Shown here: positions 26,315-36,159 of the stretch, piece by piece | Layout: each line of letters opens with the position of its first letter | Position numbering within the stretch: the stretch's first letter is position 1 | Source of the DNA: Acidimicrobiia bacterium | Lineage (GTDB): Bacteria > Actinomycetota > Acidimicrobiia > IMCC26256 > JAENVU01 | NCBI GenBank assembly: GCA_025361725.1 | Contig: JANYJV010000073.1 | Location: 1,079-65,078 of the forward strand | Direction: 5' to 3' | Length of the DNA stretch: 64,000 bases | Program-made: the position numbers and the translations under genes | The notes under the pieces: generated by a model | Told to the model about the DNA's origin: nothing | Database searches by the model: none | What the model saw: only the letters and a program-made list of their open reading frames with translations

Positions 26315-27412
26315 TCAGAGACGCAACTGGGGTCCGCCGGTGATGAGCGGCAGGTCGAGGGGACTGAGCGGACCCGGTGCCGCGTCGCACACCGCAGGGA
26401 TCGCATTCACGATCCGGTTGGCTGCGCTCGCGTTGCCACCGCCGGCCGCGTCGGGCTCGCCCACCTCGGTCCCATGCACCGTCACGGTGAGGTTGGGGTG
26501 ACCGGTCAGCTCGACCCGATGCTCGCCGCCCGGCGAACTCGATTGCGGCCACTCTGGCGCGCAGTCGTCGTCGATCCGAGTCACGTGCTCGACGACAAGT
26601 GGAACGTGATCGCCCACCATCCCGCGTACTTCGAAGCGGAACGCGCCTTGGGTGCCGGCTTCGAATGAACCCATGCCGGGAACGTCGATGGTCTTCTCCA
26701 GCGGCTTGCGTTCGACGTGGGTCGTGACCGCGTCCAGTTCGATGCCGAGCGCGTCGGCCAGGATTCGAAGCATCGGCGCCCACACCATTTGGAGCGAGAA
26801 GTCGAGTAGCATCAACGGCGTCTCGTCCATCGGGCCACCGAACCCGATGACGTTTCGGACGACGTCGGGTTGGTCGTAGAGCGCGTAGTTGAACAGCTCC
26901 TGGACCCGGATCTCGGTGATGCCGGCACCGACCCCGCTCACGAGGACCGGAAGGATGTCGAGGGCCCAACCGGGATCGATGCCCGACACGAACACCGACG
27001 CGTTCCCTCGCGCACACGCAGGTTCCACGACGTCGAGGAGTTCGCGCGGCGCGCTCGCCGGATGCAGCAGTGGATAGAACGAGGTCGAGACGACGTTGAC
27101 ACCGGCCTCGAGGCACTGGAGCAGATCGGCGTACGCGGCCTCGGGTCGCGTGTCAGCCGTCGCGGTGTAGACGACGGCGTCAACGCCCGGCGCGCACGCG
27201 ACCCGTGTGTCATCGGTTGCGATGATGCCGAGTGGCCCGATGCCGGCGATCTCACCGGCATCGCGCCCGACCTTCTCGGGTGACGACACGACGGCGCCCA
27301 CCAGCTCCAGATCGCGGTGGGCAGCCACCGCGCGGATGGCGGGTCGACCGACGTTGCCCGTGCCCCACACGACCACATTGCGCGCTCCGTCTTGGTCCTG
27401 CGGTTGCGTCAT
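26315..27412 (-). CDS. DapB-N-terminal-like NAD(P)-binding oxidoreductase (amine dehydrogenase/diaminopentanoate dehydrogenase-like family)
   Basis: ATG at 27412. The translation contains NVVVWGTGNVGRPAIRAVAAHRDLELVGAVV. Confidence 0.6.
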   Translation of the reverse strand: MTQPQDQDGARNVVVWGTGNVGRPAIRAVAAHRDLELVGAVVSSPEKVGRDAGEIAGIGPLGIIATDDTRVACAPGVDAVVYTATADTRPEAAYADLLQCLEAGVNVVSTSFYPLLHPASAPRELLDVVEPACARGNASVFVSGIDPGWALDILPVLVSGVGAGITEIRVQELFNYALYDQPDVVRNVIGFGGPMDETPLMLLDFSLQMVWAPMLRILADALGIELDAVTTHVERKPLEKTIDVPGMGSFEAGTQGAFRFEVRGMVGDHVPLVVEHVTRIDDDCAPEWPQSSSPGGEHRVELTGHPNLTVTVHGTEVGEPDAAGGGNASAANRIVNAIPAVCDAAPGPLSPLDLPLITGGPQLRL

Positions 27413-27473
27413 CGGTTGCGCTCCTGGATGCATTCGGCGGCCGTCGCTCGACTGCGCGCTTCCACGCGTCGAG

Positions 27474-27740
27474 TCAGGATCGGCTCTCCATTCGAGCGAG
27501 CAGATCCATGTCGATGAGATCGGCGTAGTCGGGATGACGTTCAATCCAATCGGCGACGTACGGGCAGAGCGGCACGATCAGTGTTTGATGGGACTGCGCG
27601 TCGTCCAGGGCGGCGCGCACGAGGGTGGAGGCGTACCCGTGGCCTCCTTGTGCGGGGTCAGTCATAAGGGTGACGTTGTAGTCGGTGGATGGAGATATCG
27701 CGAGCGATCGGCGGCGTGGGTCTCGTAACACGCCGTTCAC
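27474..27740 (-). CDS. Small GNAT-like (YjdJ/PF14542-type) acetyltransferase-domain protein
   Basis: The translation contains GGHGYASTLVRAALDDAQSHQTLIVPLCPYVADWIERHPDYADL. The start (GTG ~27740) is uncertain. Confidence 0.5.
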   Translation of the reverse strand: MNGVLRDPRRRSLAISPSTDYNVTLMTDPAQGGHGYASTLVRAALDDAQSHQTLIVPLCPYVADWIERHPDYADLIDMDLLARMESRS

Positions 27741-27977
27741 AGAGCCGACGGAAACACGAAACAGGACCTCCGTACCGTGACGCCCGACGCAACGGAGCGT
27801 CTCGTGTCCACTTCCGCCCGACGACCGAAAGTTTCCTTCACCATGTTGCGTCCACTGTTCGTGGTTCTCATCGTGGCCGCCCTCTTGAGTCCTGTGATCT
27901 TCCGGCGCCAGCGCCGGAGAGCAGGTCTCCAGGCCGGCCACCTCACCCCCCGGTTCCGTCGCCGCCTCTTTGCGACG

Positions 27978-29570
27978 ATGGGCCTCTCCACGATGTTCCT
28001 CATCGTTGGGCTCGCCGGAGTTGCGTTCGCCGACAACGGCGACTCGACCGGAGCCAACACCGGTAACTCCAAGGATCAAATCGAATTGGTGACACCGGCG
28101 GGGAAGACCCCGGCCGCAACCAGCGACACGTTGCGCTCGACAGTCGCGAAAGACCACCTGGCGATCAACTACACGTGGTTGATGACCGGCGGGGTACTGG
28201 TCCTCTTCATGCAAGCCGGGTTCGCGCTCGTCGAGACCGGATTCACTCGAGCCAAGAACGCGGCGCACACGATGATGATGAACCTCGTCATCTTCGCGTT
28301 GGGAACCGTAGGTTGGTTCGTGTGCGGGTACGCGCTGATGTTCGGGTCGGTGTCGAATCCGGCGTTAGGAATCACTCCCCTCGGAACCGGTGCTCACTTG
28401 GGTGACTGGCAAGTCATCTCGCACTCCGGGTTCTTCCTCACCGGCCACGCATACGACGTTGGCATCCTCGCGTTCTTCTTCTTCCAACTCGTCTTCATGG
28501 ACGCGACGGCCACCATCCCGACGGGAGCAATGGCCGAGCGATTCAAGTTCTCGGGCTTCATCTGGTGGGGTCTGTTCGCCTCGATGATCCTGTACCCCGT
28601 CTACGGCAACTGGGTGTGGGGCGGAGGGTTCCTCTCGCAGCTCGGTGCGCTCGGACCGAAGTGGGGCCACGGCTCTTTGGACTTCGCCGGTTCCGGCGTG
28701 GTGCACGCCATGGGTGGCATCGCGGCGTTCTGGGGCGCCAAGATCCTCGGCGCTCGGATCGGGAAGTTCGACAAGGACGGCAAGCCGCGCGCCATCCCGG
28801 GTCACCACCTCCCGATGGCGTTCCTCGGCACGATGGTCCTGCTCGTCGGGTGGATGGGCTTCAACGGCGCCTCCACTTTCGGAGCCACCGACTTCCGCTT
28901 CACCATTGTGATCGTGAACACGATCCTCGCGGCGGCCTTCGGTTGTCTCACCACGATGTTCGTGATGTGGACGAAGTACGGCAAGCCCGATCCGTCGATG
29001 ACGTGCAACGGTCTGCTCGCAGGATTGGTGGCCATCACGGCGCCGTGCGCCTTCGTTGCACCCTGGGCGGCCGCAGTGATCGGCATCGTTGCCGGTGTCC
29101 TCGTGGTCGCTGCGGTGGTCTTTGTGGAACACAAGGCGAAGGTCGACGACCCGGTCGGGGCAGTTGCGGTCCACGGTGCCAACGGCCTCTGGGGCATGAT
29201 CGCCCTGGGTCTCTTCGCCGACGGTCGGTACGGCGACGGCGTCAACGGCGTTGCCGGTGGGGTCAAGGGTCTCCTGACCAACGGCGAAGCCGGCCAGCTC
29301 TGGGCGCAGCTCGCGTCAGTGGTGGTGGTGATCACATGGTGCTCCATCGCCTGCATCATCTTCTTCACGATCCTGAAGAAGGCCGGAGTCTTGCGGTCCG
29401 ACCCAGCGGCGGAGGTCGCAGGTCTCGACATGCCGGAGATGGGCGCACTCGCGTACCCGGACTTCCTCGAAGCCCAAGGCGCGGTCTTCTACACGACGGG
29501 TGGTTCCGCCCTCGTCGAACTCAAACCATCCGATGCAGCAGGTACGCGTGAAGAAGTGGGGGCGTCATGA
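27978..29570 (+). CDS. amt: Ammonium transporter
   Basis: The translation contains LFMQAGFALVETGFTRAKNAAH, DFAGSGVVHAMGG and GVAVHGANGLWG. The signal-peptide-like start MGLSTMFLIVGLAGVAFA is at 27978. In-frame upstream starts (27777, 27843) are possible. Confidence 0.9.
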   Translation: MGLSTMFLIVGLAGVAFADNGDSTGANTGNSKDQIELVTPAGKTPAATSDTLRSTVAKDHLAINYTWLMTGGVLVLFMQAGFALVETGFTRAKNAAHTMMMNLVIFALGTVGWFVCGYALMFGSVSNPALGITPLGTGAHLGDWQVISHSGFFLTGHAYDVGILAFFFFQLVFMDATATIPTGAMAERFKFSGFIWWGLFASMILYPVYGNWVWGGGFLSQLGALGPKWGHGSLDFAGSGVVHAMGGIAAFWGAKILGARIGKFDKDGKPRAIPGHHLPMAFLGTMVLLVGWMGFNGASTFGATDFRFTIVIVNTILAAAFGCLTTMFVMWTKYGKPDPSMTCNGLLAGLVAITAPCAFVAPWAAAVIGIVAGVLVVAAVVFVEHKAKVDDPVGAVAVHGANGLWGMIALGLFADGRYGDGVNGVAGGVKGLLTNGEAGQLWAQLASVVVVITWCSIACIIFFTILKKAGVLRSDPAAEVAGLDMPEMGALAYPDFLEAQGAVFYTTGGSALVELKPSDAAGTREEVGAS

Positions 29571-29899
29571 AACGCGTCGAAGCGATCATCCGGCCCGAGC
29601 GCCTCGGCGAGGTCGCCGCGCTGCTCGAACAAGCCGGACTGTCTGGATTCACGATCAGCGACGTTCGTGGTCACGGCCGTTCACCCGAACGCACCGGTGA
29701 GTACCGCGGGAACGCGTACGAGATGCTCGTATCCCACAAGCTGCTCGTATCGCTCTTCGTCGAAGACGGCGAGGTGGACACCGCGGTCGGTGCGATCGCC
29801 GGCGGTGCCGCCACCGGCCAAGTCGGTGACGGACTCGTTGCAGTGAGCGATGTCACTGCGATGTACCGGATTTCGGCGATCGCGACGCCGGTCTCGTAG
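29567..29899 (+). CDS. glnK: P-II nitrogen regulatory protein
   Basis: The translation begins MKRVEAIIRPERLGEVAALLEQAGLSGFTISDVRGHGR and has a T-loop GEYRGNAY. The start overlaps the amt stop as ATGA. Confidence 0.9.
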   Translation: MKRVEAIIRPERLGEVAALLEQAGLSGFTISDVRGHGRSPERTGEYRGNAYEMLVSHKLLVSLFVEDGEVDTAVGAIAGGAATGQVGDGLVAVSDVTAMYRISAIATPVS

Positions 29900-29926
29900 C
29901 GGTTCGTTCCGTTCATCCATCCCGAA

Positions 29927-29971
29927 CGATTGGCGTCTGGAGCCGCGAACCGCGGCCTCAGACGCCAATCG
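29927..29971. terminator. Bidirectional stem-loop between convergent glnK and the P460-like gene
   Basis: CGATTGGCGTCTG ... CAGACGCCAATCG forms a 13-bp perfect stem enclosing a second small GC hairpin. Confidence 0.65.
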
Positions 29972-29990
29972 TCGTGATGGACGGAGTTCG

Positions 29991-30572
29991 TCAGTTCTTG
30001 GTGGCGAGTGGCCTCGGGTCGGTGGCCTGGATGCCGTGGATCAGGTCGTCGCCGATCGGCAGGGGCGCGCAACCATGGGTCTTTTCACAGACGAGGTCGA
30101 ACTTGCCCTGGGCGGCGGCGTGGCACGCGTAACAGTTGCCACCGAACCGGTTGACCACCTCTTCGCCACCGCGCTTGTCGATGGCGGTGCCGGCCGCGCT
30201 GGTGGTGAGGAAGAAGAACTCCCAGTCCTTGGTCTTGGGGTTGAATCCCGCCCGACGCTTGACCATCGCCTCTTGCGGAACCAACTGCAGGATCGTGCCG
30301 ACGGGGTATTTTCCACCCTTGTTCGCGGTGGCGATCGCCACCGTCTCTTTCAGATGGCCGAGCTTGTTGGCCACGAAGAATCCGCGCACCGGGGTCATGT
30401 CGTGCAGGTTCACGAAATCGGTGGCTGCCATGTTGAGGTCCTCGATCGGCTTTGGGGTCTCGACCTTGGAGGCCGCTTTCGGCGTGTCGGAACCGCATCC
30501 CCCGATGACCACGAAGATCGCAAAACAGAGCGCGACGAGGGAGAACCAGGGTGATCGGGTAGCGGAACGCAT
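29991..30572 (-). CDS. Cytochrome P460/c'-beta-like haem lipoprotein
   Basis: ATG at 30572. The lipobox is VVIGGC. KDWEFFF is present, and a single C-terminal CXXCH (NCYACH) is present. Confidence 0.6.
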   Translation of the reverse strand: MRSATRSPWFSLVALCFAIFVVIGGCGSDTPKAASKVETPKPIEDLNMAATDFVNLHDMTPVRGFFVANKLGHLKETVAIATANKGGKYPVGTILQLVPQEAMVKRRAGFNPKTKDWEFFFLTTSAAGTAIDKRGGEEVVNRFGGNCYACHAAAQGKFDLVCEKTHGCAPLPIGDDLIHGIQATDPRPLATKN

Positions 30573-30690
30573 GCATCTCCAGTCAGGGTCGCGCCGCAAG
30601 TGCGCGCCGGCCACGGAGCGTAGTGGGCCCGTCGCCCAACCTCATGGGGCCCCTGGTCGCGATGGGCTCGGGCTTCTACGCTGGGTCTCC

Positions 30691-30978
30691 ATGTGCAGAA
30701 ACATCACGGAACTCAGAGGACTCGAACCACCGGCGACGCGCGATGAGATCGAGGCGGCGGCGCGTCAGTTCGTCCGCAAGATCAGTGGCGTCACCAAACC
30801 CAACGGCGAGGTTGCCGCGGCGATGGAGGAGGCGGCGCTGAAGATTGCGCACATCAGCGGACATCTCCTCGCCGATCTGCCGGCTCGCCGCCAACCGCCC
30901 AAGACCGACCCGCCACTGCGTCGACCCGAGGTGCGCAAGCGCCTCGGTCTTCCGGAGTTCGACGCCCAGACCGCCTGA
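30691..30978 (+). CDS. DUF2277 domain protein
   Basis: The translation begins MCRNITELRGLEPPATRDEIEAAARQFVRKISGV, the characteristic N-terminus of this family. Confidence 0.8.
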   Translation: MCRNITELRGLEPPATRDEIEAAARQFVRKISGVTKPNGEVAAAMEEAALKIAHISGHLLADLPARRQPPKTDPPLRRPEVRKRLGLPEFDAQTA

Positions 30979-31030
30979 GCAGACCGCCAGAGCGACTCGA
31001 GTGGTCGGCGGCGAGTGTTGCGTCCGGTTG

Positions 31031-33211
31031 CTAGTTCGTCGTCGGTGACGACTCGGACACTGAGAGCGCGGCGAGTTCGGCATCGAGGTCATGACCGCCG
31101 TCGATGTGGATGCGCGGCAGGATGCGGTCGATCCAACCTGGGAGCCACCAGTTGCGATCGCCGAGGAGTTCCATCGTCGCCGGTACCAGGATGAGCCGCA
31201 CGATGGTGGCGTCGATGAACACGGCCACGGCCATGCCGAGACCGAACACCTTCAGTGACCGTTCCGGGCCGAGCACGAACGCGCCGAACACGCACACCAT
31301 GATCGCGGCGGCCGCGGTGATGACCCTGGCGGTCGCGGCGAGGCCGTCGGCGACTGCGCCGGCGTTGTCACCGGTGCGGTCGTACTCCTCTTTGATGCGC
31401 GAGAGCAGGAAGACCTCGTAGTCCATCGAAAGGCCGAAGACCACGGCGAAGAGCATGAGTGGCGCCCAGGACTCGATCGGCCCCTCCTTGCCCACACCGA
31501 TCCAACTCGCTCCCCAACCCCACTGGAAGACCGCGACCATGACGCCGTAGGCGGCGCCCACGGACAGCAGGTTCATGATGACGGCTTTGAGCGGTACGAG
31601 CAGGCTGCGGAACACGACCATCAACAAGATGAACGACAGCAGCAGCACGAAGCCGACCACGACCGGCAGCATCCGAGCGGTATAGCTCGCAAAGTCGTTG
31701 ACTGCGGCAGGGAACCCGCCGACCGATGCCGTCACCGTCGAACCCTTGATCGCGTCCGGCACGACGCGCTGGCGCAGATCGTCGACGAGATCGCTGGTGG
31801 CCTTGTCCTGGGGTGAAGTGGTGGGGAACACCTGCATGATCGCAGCCGTGCCCGCGGCGTTGGGCTGGGCCGGGGTGGCGAACGCCACGCCGGCGGTGCG
31901 GTTGACGGCGGCCGAGAGTTGGTTGAGAACTTTGAGATCGCCACTGCCGCCGGGCGTTTCCGCAGCGATCAGGATCGGCCCGTTGAAGCCGCGACCGAAT
32001 CCCTTGGCCAGGAGGTCGTAGGCGCGACGAGTCGTGTTGGACGTGGGTTCGTTGCCGGCGTCACCGAAGCCGAGGCGCATGGAAAAGACCGGAGCCGCGA
32101 CGACGAGGAGGACGACCAATGCCCCGACGAACGCCGGCCACGGACGCCGCTGGACGAGCTTGCTCCAGCGGTTCCAAAACGGTGGCCGGTCCGAGTCCGC
32201 ACGGTCCCGGTGGGGGAGGCCGAACCGGTCGATGTTGGTCCCGACGAATCCCAGCAGTGCCGGGAGGAGCGTGACCGACCCGACCATGGTGAAGAGCGCG
32301 CCGATGATGATCCCGATCGCAACGCCTCGGAACGTCTCGGTGTTGAGAATGAGGAGTCCGGTCAACGAGATGATGACGGTTGAACCCGCGAAGAGAACGG
32401 CGCGCCCCGCGGTGTCGAGCGCCATCACCACTGATGATTCCGGCGCGTGCCCGAGCACCAAGTTCTCGCGGTAACGGGTGACGATGAAGAGCGCGTAGTC
32501 GATACCCACGCCGATCGAGACCATCAAGGTGGCCTGGGTGGTGAAGTTCGGCATGTTGAACACGTTGGCGACGAGTGAGACCACGGCCACGCCACAGCCG
32601 ATGCCGAACATCGTCGTCGCGATCGGGAGACCCATGGCGAGCAGCGAACCGAACGCCACGAGCAGGATGATCATGGCCAGACCGATACCGATGGCCTCGC
32701 TGCCGAACTTCTGCTCCTTGAAGATCTCGTTGCCGAGTTCGATCTGCAATCCGGGCACCCGGACTTGATCGCGCAGTTCCTTGACGGTGGTGGCCACGGA
32801 TTCGAAGTCGGCCGAGGACCGATCGCGGAGATTCAGCTCGGCGTAGGCGATGTTGCCGTTCTTCGAGATCTGGCGTTCTCGGCCGGCTTGGAATGGGCTG
32901 ACGATCTGCGCGCCCGAGACCTTCTGCTCCGCGGAACGGAAGAGCCCGTCCATCGTCGCCTGGACCGTCGGCGTGCGAACGCCGGCCGGGTCGGTGAAGA
33001 CGATCTGCGCCGAAGCGCCGGCGCGCTCGCCGAAGCCCCGTTGCCGCAACGTGGCGAACGCGCGTTGGCTCTCCGAGTTGGGGAGGCCCTGTTGCACCTT
33101 GAACACGCCGCCGGCCTGGCTCGACGCGACCGACAGGCCGACGAGGAGCAGGATCCAGACCGCCAGGACGATCCGGCGGTGGCGGTAGCAGGCGCGCGCG
33201 AGTTTCTGCAT
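31031..33211 (-). CDS. MMPL-family (RND superfamily) membrane transporter
   Basis: The 726-aa product has a duplicated 6-TM plus periplasmic-loop layout. The N-terminus reads LARACYRHRRIVLAVWILLLVGL. Confidence 0.85.
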   Translation of the reverse strand: MQKLARACYRHRRIVLAVWILLLVGLSVASSQAGGVFKVQQGLPNSESQRAFATLRQRGFGERAGASAQIVFTDPAGVRTPTVQATMDGLFRSAEQKVSGAQIVSPFQAGRERQISKNGNIAYAELNLRDRSSADFESVATTVKELRDQVRVPGLQIELGNEIFKEQKFGSEAIGIGLAMIILLVAFGSLLAMGLPIATTMFGIGCGVAVVSLVANVFNMPNFTTQATLMVSIGVGIDYALFIVTRYRENLVLGHAPESSVVMALDTAGRAVLFAGSTVIISLTGLLILNTETFRGVAIGIIIGALFTMVGSVTLLPALLGFVGTNIDRFGLPHRDRADSDRPPFWNRWSKLVQRRPWPAFVGALVVLLVVAAPVFSMRLGFGDAGNEPTSNTTRRAYDLLAKGFGRGFNGPILIAAETPGGSGDLKVLNQLSAAVNRTAGVAFATPAQPNAAGTAAIMQVFPTTSPQDKATSDLVDDLRQRVVPDAIKGSTVTASVGGFPAAVNDFASYTARMLPVVVGFVLLLSFILLMVVFRSLLVPLKAVIMNLLSVGAAYGVMVAVFQWGWGASWIGVGKEGPIESWAPLMLFAVVFGLSMDYEVFLLSRIKEEYDRTGDNAGAVADGLAATARVITAAAAIMVCVFGAFVLGPERSLKVFGLGMAVAVFIDATIVRLILVPATMELLGDRNWWLPGWIDRILPRIHIDGGHDLDAELAALSVSESSPTTN

Positions 33212-33299
33212 CAGATTCCTCGGATGAGAGGCGGGAGTCCGGGGAGGCTACGACGACGGCACGCGAAAAGCAGCGTGCAATCGGTCACGCGAGACGGGG

Positions 33300-34475
33300 T
33301 CAGGCGGTGCTGAGTGCCTTCTCGATCGGGGTGCGGAATCGGGGTGTCACGCGGGTACCTGACAGCCACTCGGTGAGGGACGTCGCTTCGCGATCGATCA
33401 TCGCCACGACGGGCCTGGCGACATCGGCGAGCAGCTGGACAACGACCTCGCCGTCAGCCCGTGGAGCCCACCCGCCCACGATCTCGCCATTCGCCCACAC
33501 CGAAGGACCCGCGTTGCCGTTGCGGTCGAACAATTGGGGTGTATGGCGACCGAGGTACCAGTCGCGTTGCTTCCAACCCATGACCGTGGGGTCCAATGCC
33601 GGGAGGAGCGCCACCCACGCCTTCGGTGCTCGGTGGGGCGCGACGTCGTCGGCAAGCAGGTATCCGGGCTCGGCGCCGGTCTCGAGCTCAACCTCGACGG
33701 CTCCGACCGCGTCGAGCGCGGCCCGCGTGTTGCGTTGGCCCCAGCCAGTCCACCACGAGACGTCCACCGCCGTCCCGGGTCCGAAGGTATGCAGCCACCG
33801 CCGAACCAGTTCTGCACGGGCGGCCGCGCGATCCAGATCGGGGAAAGGCCCGATCCACCGCTCGGTCGTGGCCCAGCGGTACTGACTCGAGATCCACGAT
33901 CCCTTGGGTCGGGCGCGGACGATCCGCCCCTCAGTGGCGAGGAGGAACAGCACCCGAGTCGAGAGTCCGACGTCGGCGCCCCACGTCTTTCCCACTCCCA
34001 TTGCGACCTTCAACTTGAGGTCGGGCACGGCGTTCGAGAGTTCGGTTGCCGTCGCCTCTCTGAGTTCGTCGAGCGCGCCCATCGTCAGTTTCTCGACTCG
34101 GCGCAACCATTTCGCGCCGTCCGATGCGTGGCCCTGCTGCTCCACGAGCCGGATCAGCCTGCGCCGCTCGGCGGGCGCAAGCGCTTGAGTACACGCGGCG
34201 TCCATCACCGCAGCGACGTCACGGTCAACGACGAACATCGTGCGACGCATGCCCAACATGCGAACGAGCGTGCGCTCCTCGTAGAGCGCGCGCTCCAGAT
34301 CCGCGACTTGAAAGCGTTGCGCCCGGGCCTGCGCCGAGAGGAACACGCTCGCCGGATCGCTGGAGTGCAGGCCGATGAGCGCGGTGGTTGCATCCTCGAC
34401 GGTCGCCGCGGCCGACGCGAGGTGGTGGCAACGGCCCAAGCGGGCCCGTCGTTGCGCGTCCGTGACCCGGATCAC
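33300..34475 (-). CDS. Winged-helix DNA-binding domain protein, YcaQ/AlkZ (HTH_42, DUF1006) family, paralogue 1
   Basis: The translation contains IGLHSSDPASVFLSAQARA ... ERTLVRMLGMRRTMFVV. The GTG at 34475 overlaps the upstream stop (GTGA). Confidence 0.7.
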   Translation of the reverse strand: MIRVTDAQRRARLGRCHHLASAAATVEDATTALIGLHSSDPASVFLSAQARAQRFQVADLERALYEERTLVRMLGMRRTMFVVDRDVAAVMDAACTQALAPAERRRLIRLVEQQGHASDGAKWLRRVEKLTMGALDELREATATELSNAVPDLKLKVAMGVGKTWGADVGLSTRVLFLLATEGRIVRARPKGSWISSQYRWATTERWIGPFPDLDRAAARAELVRRWLHTFGPGTAVDVSWWTGWGQRNTRAALDAVGAVEVELETGAEPGYLLADDVAPHRAPKAWVALLPALDPTVMGWKQRDWYLGRHTPQLFDRNGNAGPSVWANGEIVGGWAPRADGEVVVQLLADVARPVVAMIDREATSLTEWLSGTRVTPRFRTPIEKALSTA

Positions 34476-35950
34476 GACTCGCGAGCGAGTGCGAGGCGCG
34501 CCGCGTGGAGCCCGCCCATGCCGTGCACTCCGCCCCCGGGTGGCGTCGACGACGAGCACAGGTAGACGCCGTCGACGGGCGTGGCCCAAGGATGGAGCGA
34601 GATCACCGGACGCGTGAAGAGTTGGCGAAGGTCGCCGGCGCCGCCGTTGATGTCGCCGCCCACGTAGTTCGCGTTGTGTTCCTCCATCGCCGCGGTGTTC
34701 ATCACGTGCCGGTCAAGGATCACGTCGCGAAAGCCCGGTGCGAAGCGTTCGACTTGTTGTTCGATGACCTCGGTGCGAGCCAGCGTGGACCCGTTCGGAA
34801 CGTGGCAGTAGGCCCACGCCACGTGCTTTCCGTTCGGCGCTCGACTCGGGTCCATCACCGTCGGCTGGACGAGCAGGACAAAGGGTTGGTCGGGATGGTG
34901 ACCGCTGGCGACTTCGGCTTCGGATTCCGTGATTTCCTCGAGCGTGCCCCCCACGTGCACGGTACCGGCGAGCATCACGTCGGGGTTCGTCCACGGGATC
35001 GGCGCATCGAGCGCCCAGTCGATCTTGAACACGCCCGGCCCGTACCGGAACTTCGTCAGTGCGCGTCGGGCGTGTCCCGCGACCCGATCCCCGGCCATCG
35101 TAAGGAACTGGCGCGGCGTGACGTCGAGCAGGGTGATCGGTGCAGGCGGGAGCGAGGACAGATTGGCAACCGTTCGATTCACCTCGATCTCGCCGCCGAG
35201 ACCGACGAAGATCGCGCCGAGCGCATTCGCCAGTTGTTGACTTCCGCCCTTCGCCACGGGCCAACCATTGGCGTGAGCGAGCAGGTTGAGGAAGAGGCCG
35301 TAGCCCGCGGTGCCGACGTTGCCGAGCGGTTGGATCGCGTGCGCGGCCGAACCCGCGATCAGCGCACGCGGCTCGTCGCCCGTGAAACGAGAACGCGCGA
35401 GTCCGCGCGCACTGCGGATCGCGTGCCGTCCGAACGCGGCGGCCTGGATCGGCGCCGGTGGAATCTGAAACGGTGACAGGAACGTCGCGACCAGATTCGT
35501 CTGGTGGGCGACGAGGGGACGCATCAGTTGTTCGTACCGTTGCGCGTCATCAGGCGCGAATGCTGCAGCGGTCGCACCGATATCGCGGCGCAACAAGGCG
35601 GCGCGACCGCCGTCGAGTGGATGCGCGATCGCAATCTCGGGCGTGCTCCACTCCACGCCATGGGATTCGAGGTCCAAGTCCCTGAACGCCGGGGACGCGA
35701 CCCCGAGCGCCTGCACCGTGGAGCAGACGTCGTGGACGAAACCCGGACGAGTGAGTTCGGCCGAGCGCATCCCGCCACCGATGATCGGCGCGGCTTCGAG
35801 GAGCAGCACCTTCCGTCCGGCCCGGGCGAGGGTGATCGCCCCGATCAGCCCGTTGGGGCCCGCGCCGACCACGACGGCGTCGTATTCGGTGTTCCTCACG
35901 ACTTCTCCGATCCAAGACAGGACGGCACGGTTGCATTCTTGGTTCTGCAC
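34472..35950 (-). CDS. NAD(P)/FAD-dependent oxidoreductase, phytoene-desaturase (CrtI)-like family
   Basis: The dinucleotide fold reads YDAVVVGAGPNGLIGAITLARAGRKVLLLEA. The C-terminus reads GVYLCSSSTPPGGGVHGMGG. A GTG start near 35899 is an alternative. Confidence 0.8.
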   Translation of the reverse strand: MQNQECNRAVLSWIGEVVRNTEYDAVVVGAGPNGLIGAITLARAGRKVLLLEAAPIIGGGMRSAELTRPGFVHDVCSTVQALGVASPAFRDLDLESHGVEWSTPEIAIAHPLDGGRAALLRRDIGATAAAFAPDDAQRYEQLMRPLVAHQTNLVATFLSPFQIPPAPIQAAAFGRHAIRSARGLARSRFTGDEPRALIAGSAAHAIQPLGNVGTAGYGLFLNLLAHANGWPVAKGGSQQLANALGAIFVGLGGEIEVNRTVANLSSLPPAPITLLDVTPRQFLTMAGDRVAGHARRALTKFRYGPGVFKIDWALDAPIPWTNPDVMLAGTVHVGGTLEEITESEAEVASGHHPDQPFVLLVQPTVMDPSRAPNGKHVAWAYCHVPNGSTLARTEVIEQQVERFAPGFRDVILDRHVMNTAAMEEHNANYVGGDINGGAGDLRQLFTRPVISLHPWATPVDGVYLCSSSTPPGGGVHGMGGLHAARLALARES

Positions 35951-36159
35951 GGGGGCGAGAGCGACTCGCGCGACCGGTGATCTACGTCGCCGACGGGGCG
36001 CGCGGATCTACGCCGACCAGCCCCGCGCAGGAGTTCGGTCGCCAACTCCAGCTCGGCGGGGTGGAGCCCGGTGGCCGCGTTGACGGTCCCGGCAATCCCC
36101 TGGTGTGGTCGTGACCCCGGGCCGGCTCTCGACTCGCGACGCCGGCCTACGATCTCGCC

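Noticed and set aside
27721-27760. GlnR-type nitrogen box upstream of amt (GTAAC-N6-TTCAC ... GAAAC-AC-GAAAC)
   Set aside because: The half-sites only partially fit the GTnAC-N6-GnAAC consensus I recall, with irregular spacing. They also overlap the probable 5' end of the small GNAT-like gene. This is too weak to call without a matrix scan.
27474-28268. 264-aa minus-strand ORF overlapping the amt 5' region
   Set aside because: Only the C-terminal ~88 aa resemble a small GNAT-like domain. The remainder is antisense to amt and compositionally non-protein-like, so the gene was trimmed to 27474..27740.
35951-36159. Direct repeats GATCTACGTCGCCGAC / GATCTACGCCGAC in the divergent spacer upstream of the HhH-GPD gene as an operator
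   Set aside because: It is a short imperfect repeat in GC-rich DNA with no nearby regulator or second occurrence in the window. It cannot be distinguished from chance.
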